From the NCBI GenBank assembly GCA_027623195.1, contig JAQBUT010000002.1, forward strand, positions 96,001 to 160,000: DNA of 64,000 nt, read 5' to 3'. The translations under genes were made by a program, and so were the position numbers. Below are positions 18,164-27,739 of the stretch, in pieces. Below the pieces are notes generated by a model. The model was not told where the DNA came from. It did no database searches and was given only the letters and a program-made list of their open reading frames with translations. This DNA is from Chloroflexota bacterium (GTDB lineage: Bacteria > Chloroflexota > Dehalococcoidia > Lucifugimonadales > JADFKI01). Position 1 is the stretch's first letter, and each line of letters starts with the position of its first letter.

Positions 18164-19389
18164 TAGACCACACCCCTATCGCGCAATTCAGTCAGGTCGC
18201 TTTCACGTAATCCAAGAATCTCGCCGTATACCTCAGGGTTATGCTGTCCTAGCGTGGGTGCGGGTGTTGGCTCGTTGCGGGGCATGTCGGAATACAAGAA
18301 AGGCAGGCCAGTGTAGGTCAGGACACCAGCCTCCGGATGCGCCAGGTCAACGAAGTAGTCGCGAAACTTGAACTGCTCGTTCTCCAGTGCGTCAGAAGTC
18401 GTCTGAATGGGTGCGCAGGGCAGGCCCTCCCCCTGTCCGGCATCGAAAATCTCGGCTCGGGTGTGCCTGTCGAACCACTCCTGGAATTCAGCTTCGATCT
18501 CCTCACGGAACTCGGTGCGGCCTTCAGGAGTTTTGTAGCGCTCCACGTCCAAGAGTTCGGGCCTCTTTATCATCCTCGCCAGATTGGGCCACATGCGGGG
18601 ACCCAATGGCAGAAAGCTGACGAAGCCGTCCTTGCATCGGAATGTGCCGACGGCGTATGGCTCGCGGGAGCCTGACGCCGTCAGACGAGGTGGCTTGCGC
18701 GGGTCGGTCTCGCCGCCGTAGATGTACGGCAGCCGTCGGCCAATCTGGTGAGGATGTCCGGCCATGCACTCCTGCATAGCGATGTCGATCCACTCTCCCT
18801 TGCCGGTCATGGTTGCCTGAAATATGGCCGTCATAGTCGCCGCAACTGCCGCCGTGCCGGTGAAGTACTGGGCTGCCTCCGCGCCGTAACGCAGCGGCTC
18901 TCTCTCCGGAAGGCCCTCCCTGTGCATGGCACCACCCATGGCGAAGATGGTCAGCTCAGTGAACTCGAAATCTTTGTACGGTCCCGCTTGACCGAATGGG
19001 GTTATGGATGTCATTACCAGGTCAACGTGGTTTTCTGACAGCGCGCCGTATCCCAGGCCGAGTGACTCCATTTGGTCCGGGGGACCGTTCTCGATAACGA
19101 CATGGCTTTGCGCGGCCAACTCGCGGAAGAGTCTTGCGCCCTCCGAGGTCTTTATATCCAGCGTCACTCCCTTCTTCTGGCGGTTCAGGTGCAGGAAGAG
19201 GCCGCTCTTCTCCAGGTGCGGCTTGTCGTTGATGAAGGGACCGTGTTGTCGGGACGTGTCGCCGGTGGCGGGTCGTTCCACCTTGATGACGTCGGCCCCG
19301 TAGTCGGCCAGCATTTTGGCGCAGTAGGGCCCGGCGATGTCTGTGGAGACATCGAGAACGCGAACTCCCTCCAGGGCGAGAAACGGCAA
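18163..19389 (-). CDS. Family III CoA-transferase (CaiB/BaiF), possibly non-catalytic subunit
   Basis: IAGPYC...DYGADVIKVE and APTLGQHN; Q at the usual catalytic Asp position (AAQYFTG). Confidence 0.9.
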   Translation of the reverse strand: MPFLALEGVRVLDVSTDIAGPYCAKMLADYGADVIKVERPATGDTSRQHGPFINDKPHLEKSGLFLHLNRQKKGVTLDIKTSEGARLFRELAAQSHVVIENGPPDQMESLGLGYGALSENHVDLVMTSITPFGQAGPYKDFEFTELTIFAMGGAMHREGLPEREPLRYGAEAAQYFTGTAAVAATMTAIFQATMTGKGEWIDIAMQECMAGHPHQIGRRLPYIYGGETDPRKPPRLTASGSREPYAVGTFRCKDGFVSFLPLGPRMWPNLARMIKRPELLDVERYKTPEGRTEFREEIEAEFQEWFDRHTRAEIFDAGQGEGLPCAPIQTTSDALENEQFKFRDYFVDLAHPEAGVLTYTGLPFLYSDMPRNEPTPAPTLGQHNPEVYGEILGLRESDLTELRDRGVV

Positions 19390-19559
19390 AGGCCTACCTC
19401 ATGCGCAAGACGGCGACAGGGCCAATTCTCCATGCGTCGGAGCCAGGTTGTCAACCGGCGTTTATAGAAAGGACGGCTTGGTAAAAATTATGCCTTTGCA
19501 GTTGGATACCTGCCGTAACCGTTTGGCTCAGATATTAGGCTAAAAGCAGGAGGGTTCCC

Positions 19560-20888
19560 ATGGCATTGAAGACTTACGGAACGATGGGCGTGGACTGGGA
19601 GGAGCGTATCGACTATGACAGGCTGCGCACGCAGCGCTTGGACAAGGCCAAGGCTCTCCTAAAGAAGTCGGATATGGGCGCGATTCTGACTTTCGACATG
19701 AACAACATTCGTTACCTCACGGCGACGATCATCGGCACGTGGGCCATGGACAAGCTGGTGCGCTATGCCCTGATGCCCCAGGATCACGAACCCATTCTGT
19801 GGGACTTTGGGTCGGCTGCCAAGCATCACCAGCTTTACTGCCCATGGCTAGGCGACCGCTCCCGCGCAGGCATCTCTACCCTGCGAGGCGCTACTCCCGA
19901 GGGAGCGGGTCTCGCCGCCGACGTGGCAAAAAAGATACGCATAGAGCTGGAACTGCGAGGCCTGAAAGACGAGCCACTGGGCGTGGACATCGTGGAACCC
20001 GTGGTCCTATTTGCGCTGCAAAACGAAGGGCTGAACGTGGTTGACGGGCAGCAGCTAATGCTGGAGGCCCGCCGTGTAAAGACTGACGACGAAATCACCC
20101 TGCTGAACATGGCCTGCGGAATGGTCGATGCCGTCTACGACGAGCTGTACATGATGCTGCGGGCCGGTGTGCGCGAGAACGACGCTGTCGCCCTAGCCAA
20201 CAAGATTCTTTACGAGCTTGGCTCGGAGCATGTGGAGGGCGTTAACGCCATCTCCGGCGAGCGCACAAATCCGCATCCGCACAACTATAGCGACCGTCTG
20301 TTGCGGCAGGGCGACCCGGTGTACTTCGACATTCTTCATAGCTACATGGGCTATCGAACGTGTTACTACCGCACCATGGTCATCGGCAGCGCGTCGCAGG
20401 CGCAGATCGACGCATACAAGAAGTGTCGCGAGATTCTGGACATCTCCATCGACAAGGTGAAGCCTGGTATCACCACTGCCGACATCGTGAAGGACTGGCC
20501 CAAGGCCCAGGAGTTCGGCTTCGAAAACGAGGAGGCCGCGTTCGCACTGCAGTACGGGCACGGCGTCGGACTGTCCATCTGGGAGAAGCCTATCTTCAGC
20601 CGGTTGGTGTCGTTGGACAACCCGCAGCCCATCGAAGAGAACATGGTCTTCGCGTTGGAAACCTTCTGGCCTTCCGCTGACGGGTGGTCGGCGGCCCGCA
20701 TCGAGGAGGAGGTTGTTGTCACCAAGACCGGCGCCGAGGTAATCACCCGCTTCCCCGCCGAGCAGCTGATGGTGGCGGGACCGCGCTACCACACCGCCAC
20801 GGGGCCGCTATCGGCCACCCGGGAGGCGCAGTCGCACCTGAACCGCGCCGACGGCATTCCCCCTGGAATAGCAGGGGCGCACGCCTAG
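19560..20888 (+). CDS. M24 (Xaa-Pro peptidase/creatinase fold) family protein
   Basis: NIRYLT, ARRVKT, GHGVG, ALET and ARIEEE. Confidence 0.88.
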   Translation: MALKTYGTMGVDWEERIDYDRLRTQRLDKAKALLKKSDMGAILTFDMNNIRYLTATIIGTWAMDKLVRYALMPQDHEPILWDFGSAAKHHQLYCPWLGDRSRAGISTLRGATPEGAGLAADVAKKIRIELELRGLKDEPLGVDIVEPVVLFALQNEGLNVVDGQQLMLEARRVKTDDEITLLNMACGMVDAVYDELYMMLRAGVRENDAVALANKILYELGSEHVEGVNAISGERTNPHPHNYSDRLLRQGDPVYFDILHSYMGYRTCYYRTMVIGSASQAQIDAYKKCREILDISIDKVKPGITTADIVKDWPKAQEFGFENEEAAFALQYGHGVGLSIWEKPIFSRLVSLDNPQPIEENMVFALETFWPSADGWSAARIEEEVVVTKTGAEVITRFPAEQLMVAGPRYHTATGPLSATREAQSHLNRADGIPPGIAGAHA

Positions 20889-20960
20889 TTTCTTTTGGGT
20901 AGACGGCTTTGGGAAAGAGTTGTGGCAAAACGTCGCAACACATAAAGGGGAGTCAACGGC

Positions 20961-21713
20961 ATGGGTAGTGAGGCGTTTGAACGGCACATCTCTCTGGAAG
21001 GCGCGTACAACTTTCGCGACCTGGGCGGCTATCGCACGAACGATGGCCGGACTGTCAAATGGCGGAGCCTGTTTCGGAGTGGCGAACTTCACCTCTTGAC
21101 CGATCTGGATGTGTCGCGGTTGCGAGGTGAACTTGGTCTAACCACGGTTTTGGACCTGCGAACCACGGACGAAAGCGACGCCGGGGGCATGGGGCAATTG
21201 CAAAATCTAGGGGTTCAACATCACAGCCTACCTTTCACTGCCAGTCTAGCCGAAGATTTTAATTTGCTTCAGGCAGTTCAAAACATGGGAGAGTTTTATA
21301 TTGAACTCACTTCTCGAAAGGCTTTCGGAATTAACCTGCTGGAGGCGCTCAACTTGATTGCCGATCCTCATAATCACGCGCTGACCTTCCACTGCTCTGT
21401 TGGCAAAGACCGGACCGGAGTTTTGGCGGCCATTCTGCTCGGAGCGTTGGGAGTGCCTGACGAGGAGATTGTTGCCGATTATGAGCTGTCGCAGGCGGCA
21501 ATGGACTCGATAAACCAGAGAATTATGGCAGACCCCGTTAGATCAGAACGCAACAGGCTGTTGCCCAATTTCACCCAAGAAGCGGCACCAAAGGCCATGC
21601 GAGTTTTCCTGTCTTCCTTGAGGGGCGAATACGGTTCCATGCGCGGTTACGTCGAAGCGCAGGGAGGGGATGATGCCTTGTTTCAGCAACTGGAAAACGT
21701 GCTTTTGGAGTAG
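20961..21713 (+). CDS. Tyrosine-protein phosphatase family (IphP/PtpB-like)
   Basis: NFRDLGGY, HCSVGKDRTG P-loop and ADYELS. Confidence 0.92.
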   Translation: MGSEAFERHISLEGAYNFRDLGGYRTNDGRTVKWRSLFRSGELHLLTDLDVSRLRGELGLTTVLDLRTTDESDAGGMGQLQNLGVQHHSLPFTASLAEDFNLLQAVQNMGEFYIELTSRKAFGINLLEALNLIADPHNHALTFHCSVGKDRTGVLAAILLGALGVPDEEIVADYELSQAAMDSINQRIMADPVRSERNRLLPNFTQEAAPKAMRVFLSSLRGEYGSMRGYVEAQGGDDALFQQLENVLLE

Positions 21714-21748
21714 CGGCAGCTCTTATCAGGCGTCGACGGGTCTGCCAT

Positions 21749-22537
21749 TTATCCAGCGCCCTCATCTGAGTCTGGAGGGAACCCTTCGTTTTCAGTGAGT
21801 AAATGATGCTTCAAACGGTCCAGACGTCCGCTAATGGTCATGTCTACTAGCGTGTCACCCGTGCGAATAGAAATGCCTCCCAATACCGATGGGTCGACCT
21901 TATAGAATGTCCTTACCTCCCTCTTAGCCATTTGAGCCAGAAAGTCGGATATCTGCTTCTCCTGGTTGGCGCTCATCGGGACCGCCGTGGTGACAATCGC
22001 GAACCCAATTGATTTCCTAGCTGGAGGTTCCCACGTAAGTTTCGACAGTTCCTCGGTCGCCTCTGAAAGGAGTTTTTGTTGCTCCTCTTCATCGAGTGAT
22101 CGTTGCAGTGAACGCTCTGCTGCGGCCATAACCAGCTCTACAAATGAGTGGTGCAGGTCCTGATACGCCAGTCTGCTTTCCTGGCGCAACTGATCCTTGG
22201 TCCGCTTCAATTGAGTCTCGGCTGCTTTGCGGGCCCGCCTAAGTCCATCTTGCACATGTCTCTCAGCCAACTCTTCGGCGGCTCGAAGCAGGGCGTCCCC
22301 TTCCCTGCGCGCTTCGGTCAACAATTCCTTCCGAGTTCTGACCGCCTCGTCGGTGATGTTACTGGCGTCTTCTTTATTCGCCGCCCACGTTTTCTCCTCC
22401 TCAGCACGCGTCTTTAGTTTCCGCATAAGTGGTTTGAAGGCAAGCAGGTACAACACCCCCCAGAGTACCAGGAAGTTCACGGTGTATATCAGCAGGCTGG
22501 GAAGGTGGACTCCCAGCCGTTGCAGCGTGTCCAACAT
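21749..22537 (-). CDS. F0F1 ATP synthase subunit b fused to the delta C-terminal domain (orphan paralog)
   Basis: b-type N-terminus (VNFLVLWGVL...FKPL), coiled coil, then delta C-terminal motif VTTAVP...VDPSVLGG...VDMTISGRL. Confidence 0.8.
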   Translation of the reverse strand: MLDTLQRLGVHLPSLLIYTVNFLVLWGVLYLLAFKPLMRKLKTRAEEEKTWAANKEDASNITDEAVRTRKELLTEARREGDALLRAAEELAERHVQDGLRRARKAAETQLKRTKDQLRQESRLAYQDLHHSFVELVMAAAERSLQRSLDEEEQQKLLSEATEELSKLTWEPPARKSIGFAIVTTAVPMSANQEKQISDFLAQMAKREVRTFYKVDPSVLGGISIRTGDTLVDMTISGRLDRLKHHLLTENEGFPPDSDEGAG

Positions 22538-22539
22538 TG

Positions 22540-23442
22540 CTAATTCCCGTTCTTGGATGTTGCTTCATTGTTGCCTTCGGCGACGACCATCAGCACCACA
22601 GTCAATCCCGCAAACACAAAAGCCTGTAGAGTTCCGAGCAGTATTTCCAAACCGTAGAATGGGACAACCAGCATCAAGGGAGTCAAGAAGGAGATCACTA
22701 TTCGCAGCAACTCACCAGCAGTTAGAGCTCCAAACAAGCGGAAGGTGAAACTAAACAATCTTGCCAGGATGGTGATGTCGTGTAGAACTGCTGCGAACAT
22801 CTTAACCAGACCAGCCAGCGGCTTCCCCCTTATGAGGCTTTGAATGGGGAAAAATTGCCTAAAATAAACGATCCCTTTAGTTCTAAATACGTGAAGCTCA
22901 ACAAATATACCAGTAACAATTGCCAACGAAAGAGGCATGTTAATGTCGGTCCCCGCTCCTCGCAACAAGGCAAACGTCCCTTCTGCGCTGTCTGGAGATT
23001 CAATCAACACCGGGCCGTAGACCGGCAAAAGCGTAATCCAGGCGTTGGCGGTTATGAAGAGAAAAAGTGTCGCCACGAAGGAAAAGGTCACGATGGAATA
23101 CCGCTCTCCTGCGATTCCTTTGAACAGCCCCCAAAGGGACTCCAGGATAATGTCAACCGTTCTCCGGCTTTGCGGGAACACGCGGCCGCCAGGCCCAATA
23201 GCGAAGCCTATCAGTCCGATGAGGATGAGCGTTGCCAGCCAGGAAGATAGGATAGTGTTGGTGATCGCGAAAGAGCCGATCGTATATAAAGTGTCGGCTT
23301 GCAGGTGAATTGTGGGGGGCGGTACCAGTTCCTTTATGCCGAAAATATCTCTTGCCAGCAAGCGAAGAAGTACGCCTCCAACGCCGGCAATTACGACGCA
23401 TAGAATAGAGACCTTTACCAGGGTACGTCCGGTAAATATCAA
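22540..23442 (-). CDS. atpB: F0F1 ATP synthase subunit a (divergent orphan paralog)
   Basis: ITNTILSSW, TLFLFI, TDINMPLSLA, FRLFGALTAGE and GLE...LQAFVF. Confidence 0.85.
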   Translation of the reverse strand: MIFTGRTLVKVSILCVVIAGVGGVLLRLLARDIFGIKELVPPPTIHLQADTLYTIGSFAITNTILSSWLATLILIGLIGFAIGPGGRVFPQSRRTVDIILESLWGLFKGIAGERYSIVTFSFVATLFLFITANAWITLLPVYGPVLIESPDSAEGTFALLRGAGTDINMPLSLAIVTGIFVELHVFRTKGIVYFRQFFPIQSLIRGKPLAGLVKMFAAVLHDITILARLFSFTFRLFGALTAGELLRIVISFLTPLMLVVPFYGLEILLGTLQAFVFAGLTVVLMVVAEGNNEATSKNGN

Positions 23443-23622
23443 CAGAAATACCTAAAATGCGATACGTCCGACTTCCACGTAGGGAATTCCGAGCTTTAAC
23501 CGAAATTGGCCGAGTGGGTCGTTGACGATTGAAGAAGTCAATCGCCTAGTCTTTTGCCAGAATGTTAAGGTCATGAAGGCCGCGATACAAATGGCAAACG
23601 CTGGCAGGCGTCACGCGCGCCC

Positions 23623-24507
23623 TCAGATTGCGACCGCCTCCAAAGCCGCCATAGGCCCGTGTCGCAGTATTGTGGCCAACTGGTCGCGGTCCATGACCAG
23701 CAGCTCCCCGGCGAAGCCCAGCGCGTTTATCGAGATGCCTTCGAAGTGCTCGCGGCTGCGGGGCACTAGCATCATCCAGCGTAGCGTAGCTAGCAAGTTG
23801 TACTTTCTTCTCTCATCAGACGCTTTTCCCAGTCCAACGCCGTCCAATAAGGCTGCGTAATTTTCAAGGAGCATATTGCCGGCCTCCGATATGGACAGAG
23901 TGTCAATCCCATCCAGCATGGCTATGCAGTGCTGAAACGATAGCATCGGCGATTTCCATATCCCGGTTGTTATTGCTGCGGCATCAATGGCCGTTTCGAT
24001 GGGCACGGGCGGCCCATTTGAGTTCAGCGGCAGCGGCACTATCTGAAAATGCTTGTGGCGCTGGCTGGCACCGGCGACCTCCCCTGCGTTGTAGAAGGCC
24101 AGACCATCGAACTCCTGCATGCACGCCCACAGGGCTTCGAAATCTGCCAGCCTTAGTGACGAAGTTTGCTCTTCGAAAACTCGCGTAATAATTAGCAAGT
24201 GGTTGTTGACAACCGGGAACTTGTTCAGGATGGCCACGTGGGTCTCTGATATATCGGCGACGAACAGGTCCTGGTCGTACGGCAGAAAAGGGTCGAAGTC
24301 CGGCGGATGGACCTCGGGGTTAGCCTCATGCGCCTTGAGGGCCAGGCTGGACACCACCCGAACGTCGAAGGCTATACCCTGGTCCTCCACGGTCTCTCGC
24401 GTAGTCTCGATTGGCCGCAGCGCGCCTCTTTTGATAGCCTGCCGAGTGCTATTTTCGATGGCGCGCCACAGCGTCCCGGCCTGGAGGGTCAGTCTGCTAT
24501 CAGGCAA
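23623..24507 (-). CDS. ATP adenylyltransferase / Ap4A phosphorylase II (HIT-like)
   Basis: DPFLPYD, LNKFPV, FYN...AGASQRHKHFQ and SINALGFAG. Confidence 0.9.
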   Translation of the reverse strand: MPDSRLTLQAGTLWRAIENSTRQAIKRGALRPIETTRETVEDQGIAFDVRVVSSLALKAHEANPEVHPPDFDPFLPYDQDLFVADISETHVAILNKFPVVNNHLLIITRVFEEQTSSLRLADFEALWACMQEFDGLAFYNAGEVAGASQRHKHFQIVPLPLNSNGPPVPIETAIDAAAITTGIWKSPMLSFQHCIAMLDGIDTLSISEAGNMLLENYAALLDGVGLGKASDERRKYNLLATLRWMMLVPRSREHFEGISINALGFAGELLVMDRDQLATILRHGPMAALEAVAI

Positions 24508-24514
24508 ATGTACC

Positions 24515-24952
24515 TCACCCCAGCCCGTCGATTTCGTAAGTGGTGACCTCCAGCAGGTAGCCGTCCGGGTCGCTGAAGTAGATGGACTGGCAGTCGGCGT
24601 GCACCAGTTTTTCGTAATCTATCTGCCGATCTTTCAGATGTTGCTGGTACGCAACAAACGTCACAGCGTCGGTGCCGAAAGCTATGTGGCAAGCTCTGGG
24701 ACCCTGGCCTACGGGTGCCACGTAGGTCCGTTCCTGATTCTCCTCCAACAATGCTAGCTTGGTCGTGGCGTTGCCGATGTACGGACTGGAAGGACCCGCA
24801 TTCGGGTCTAGCGCCGCAAAGCCGAACATCTCCGCATACCACCTCTTTGATTCTGCCAGGTCGCGTACCACGAAGGCCGCGTGGTCCATACCGCTAACGG
24901 TCAGTTGTTCTCTCAAAATTGTCTCCTCGTCGATGTAGTGAGGGTTAGCCAT
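24515..24952 (-). CDS. VOC/glyoxalase family protein
   Basis: DHAAFVVRDL, HIAF and YFSDPDGYLLE. Confidence 0.88.
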   Translation of the reverse strand: MANPHYIDEETILREQLTVSGMDHAAFVVRDLAESKRWYAEMFGFAALDPNAGPSSPYIGNATTKLALLEENQERTYVAPVGQGPRACHIAFGTDAVTFVAYQQHLKDRQIDYEKLVHADCQSIYFSDPDGYLLEVTTYEIDGLG

Positions 24953-25217
24953 TAATGTGAGAATGGTAGCAAATTGCCCGGTTCGTTGGGGGGCGAATGG
25001 CTGGGGCTCCCGGCGTTTCCTTGACCGGCCCTATACCCGTTGCTAAACTCGCCCCTGGATGTTCGGCGAAGACATGCCCTACAGGTAGAACGTTATAATG
25101 CAAATGCAGGACGAGGCTCGCCGATGATATGGCGGGCGTTACGACTGAATGTTTTAGCTTGCGTCCGCATTCTGCATTGGACAACTTGTAAAATATGAAC
25201 TTTGAGGGGAGAAGCCA

Positions 25218-26333
25218 TTGGCTGACAAAGTAGGCCTGGCCATTATTGGCTCAACGGGAATAATAGGGCGAGTACACATCGATGCCATTGCCCAACTGGA
25301 TAGTTGCCGTGTGGTTGGCATCACCGCGCGGAGCCAGGAGCCGCTTCGGAAGCAGGCGATGGAGCAACATGTAACCATGTACGCCACTCTGGACGAGGTG
25401 CTGGAGGACCCGGAGGTCGACGCCGTGGTAATCGCCACGCCGCACCCGTCTCACCTGGAGATTACGCTGAAGGCAGCGGCGGCGGGTAAGCACATCCTCG
25501 CAGAGAAGCCAATGAGCGTTACGCCATCCGACGCCGACGCTATGATTGCCGCCGCCAAGTCGGCAGGAGTGAAGCTAGGGGTTCTCTTCAACAACCGCTT
25601 TCGTCCTGAGGCCATAAAAGCCAAAGAGCTTATTCAGCAAGGCGCCATCGGCTCCATAAACCGAGTTAGCATGTCCAGCGTCATGCTGCGCAGTCAGGAC
25701 TACTACGACCGCCTGGATTGGCGCGGCCGCTGGGACATGGAAGGCGGCGGCGTTTTGATTAACCAGGGCATCCACGCCATAGACATGATGCAGTGGCTCG
25801 GCGGTATGCCAACGACCGTCTTCGGACGGATCACCGCTCACAGGCACAACGTCGAGGTTGAGGATCATGCCACGGCGGTAATGGAGTTCGCTGGCGGCGG
25901 CCACGGTACGCTGCACTGCACCACGGCCCAGGCCCCTAATCAACATCGTATAGAGATTTGGGGTGAGAAGGGTGCACTGATCCTGGATAACTGGGTGCTG
26001 ACGCTACACAAGATTGGAACGTCGGTCACGGACTACGTCAATAACAACAAGGACGTCGCCTTCACAACCCCCGATGTTCAGACCGAGATCTTTGACGACT
26101 TTGAATCGATGGCAGGCACCCATGCGCCCGCCATTGACGACTTCGCACGCGCCATCCTGGAAAACAGGGAGCCGTCCATAACTGGCGAGGATGGCCTTAG
26201 GTCGCAGGAGTTGGTTGCTGCTGTCACGCTGTCCGGTTGCCGGGAGAAACTGGTGCGTCTGCCCGTGGGCCGCGCCGAGTACGACGGCCTCATGAACGAA
26301 CTGCGCACCACAAGACGGATGCCTGGCAGGTAG
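25218..26333 (+). CDS. Gfo/Idh/MocA oxidoreductase
   Basis: DAVVIATP, HILAEKP and GGGVLINQGIH. Confidence 0.92.
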   Translation: MADKVGLAIIGSTGIIGRVHIDAIAQLDSCRVVGITARSQEPLRKQAMEQHVTMYATLDEVLEDPEVDAVVIATPHPSHLEITLKAAAAGKHILAEKPMSVTPSDADAMIAAAKSAGVKLGVLFNNRFRPEAIKAKELIQQGAIGSINRVSMSSVMLRSQDYYDRLDWRGRWDMEGGGVLINQGIHAIDMMQWLGGMPTTVFGRITAHRHNVEVEDHATAVMEFAGGGHGTLHCTTAQAPNQHRIEIWGEKGALILDNWVLTLHKIGTSVTDYVNNNKDVAFTTPDVQTEIFDDFESMAGTHAPAIDDFARAILENREPSITGEDGLRSQELVAAVTLSGCREKLVRLPVGRAEYDGLMNELRTTRRMPGR

Positions 26334-26361
26334 CGCATTCTAGGTAGACCCTCCGATAGCA

Positions 26362-26431
26362 TGTCATGCCGAAGAGATTGTCTGGATTCGCAGGCGTGCG
26401 TTCTAGATGCCCAGCTCTGCTCGGAATGACA
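26362..26431. repeat. Degenerate TGTCATTCCG-type palindromic repeat, family B
   Basis: Termini TGTCATGCCGA / TCGGAATGACA, similar to 51010-51116. Confidence 0.55.
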
Positions 26432-26476
26432 CTATCTTTCGTTTGGAAATAACGAAATCGAAGGAAATCCAGAAAT

Positions 26477-27520
26477 ATGAAGTTCGCCTTGTTTACGCAT
26501 GTGCCTTGGCCTGAGGGATACGAACCGGCGAAGATTCTGGCAGAGACTACCGAGCAGATTCAGTACGGCGAGGAACTGGGCTTCCACAGCGCCTGGTTTG
26601 CGGAGCACCACTTCTCGCGCTACAGCATGGGCTCGTCGTCGCTGGTCATAGCTGCTGCTATTGCGGCAGCAACAAAGCGTATTCGTTTGGGCACTGCCGT
26701 GCTGGTCCCGACTCTGCATAACCCGATACGTCTGGCCGAGGACGCCGCGACAGTAGACGCCATCAGCAACGGTCGTCTGGACCTGGGCTTCGGTCGTGGC
26801 AGCGGCGGTTACGAGTACGGGGGCTTCAACGTAAGTCGGGAGGAGAGCCAGGCCCACTTTCAGGAGAGTGTGCGCATAGTGGAGGGACTTTTCACCACAA
26901 CCGAGTTCTCATATGCCGGACAGTTCTACCAGTTAAACAAGATAAACCTGGTGCCGCCGGTTACGCAGAAGCCTCACCCGCCCATGTACGTCGCAGCGTC
27001 GTTTACGCAGGAGACTTTGGACTTCGCCGTGTCGACGGGCCACAAACTGGCGTTGGCCGTAGTGCAGGACACCGAGCAGTCCCTGGACCTGTGCAAGCGC
27101 TTCGTGAAGATGTCGGCCGAGGCGGGCCACAACATACCCATGTCGGAGATACCGTTCTTTCGCTACTTCTACGTGGCCGAGACCGAGGAGCAGGCGCGTG
27201 AGGATACGGAGTCTCATATCAACTGGATTCTAGATATCATGCAGTGGCGGCGCATCTTCGACAAGGGCAGCAGCGAAGTGCCTTACAGCATCGAGGACTG
27301 GCGGCGCACTCGCACAGACGCGCCCTTGAGTTACGAATACATCAACGAGAATCGGGCATTCATCGGCACTCCCGAGCAGTGCGTCGTGAAGATTCAGCGG
27401 CTGCGGGACGAGGGCATCGAGTACTTCGGCTGCAACTTCCACTTCGGCGGCATCTCGCATGAAAAGGCCATGAAGTCCATGGAGCTTTTTTCGAAAGAGG
27501 TCATGCCGCAGCTCTTGTGA
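26477..27520 (+). CDS. LLM-class flavin-dependent oxidoreductase
   Basis: WFAEHHF, NPIRLAED, SNGRLDLGFGRG and ELFSKEVMP. Confidence 0.92.
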   Translation: MKFALFTHVPWPEGYEPAKILAETTEQIQYGEELGFHSAWFAEHHFSRYSMGSSSLVIAAAIAAATKRIRLGTAVLVPTLHNPIRLAEDAATVDAISNGRLDLGFGRGSGGYEYGGFNVSREESQAHFQESVRIVEGLFTTTEFSYAGQFYQLNKINLVPPVTQKPHPPMYVAASFTQETLDFAVSTGHKLALAVVQDTEQSLDLCKRFVKMSAEAGHNIPMSEIPFFRYFYVAETEEQAREDTESHINWILDIMQWRRIFDKGSSEVPYSIEDWRRTRTDAPLSYEYINENRAFIGTPEQCVVKIQRLRDEGIEYFGCNFHFGGISHEKAMKSMELFSKEVMPQLL

Positions 27521-27575
27521 GGAGTGGTGTGTGGCGTAATTGGTTTCGACGGTGGCTGTATCGATGGTTTAACTC

Positions 27576-27660
27576 TTCACCCTCACCTCAGTCCTCTCCC
27601 GTCCAGGGAGAGGAAGACGCCCCTTCCCCCTTGATGGGGGAAGGCTGGGATGGGGGTGAA
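27576..27660. repeat. REP-like palindromic doublet, family A
   Basis: TTCACCC...TCCTCTCCCGTCCAGGGAGAGGA...CCTTCCCCCTTGATGGGGGAAGG...GGGTGAA, between convergent genes. Confidence 0.8.
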
Positions 27661-27739
27661 AGAATTGCCGATGACCAGCGTCGTAGTTTCGGGAAATGAC
27701 TGCAACGAAAGAAATGCGGGAGAGGCATGCTCGAGAATG

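Noticed and set aside
19560..20888. Assignment as DMSP lyase DddP
   Set aside because: Only the general M24 fold is recognisable and one metal-ligand position differs, so there is no basis for a specific call.
23443..23622. Missed small atpE or atpI gene beside the orphan stator
   Set aside because: Only 180 nt upstream, 2 nt between the genes and 35 nt downstream; I saw no hydrophobic hairpin ORF with a subunit c motif.
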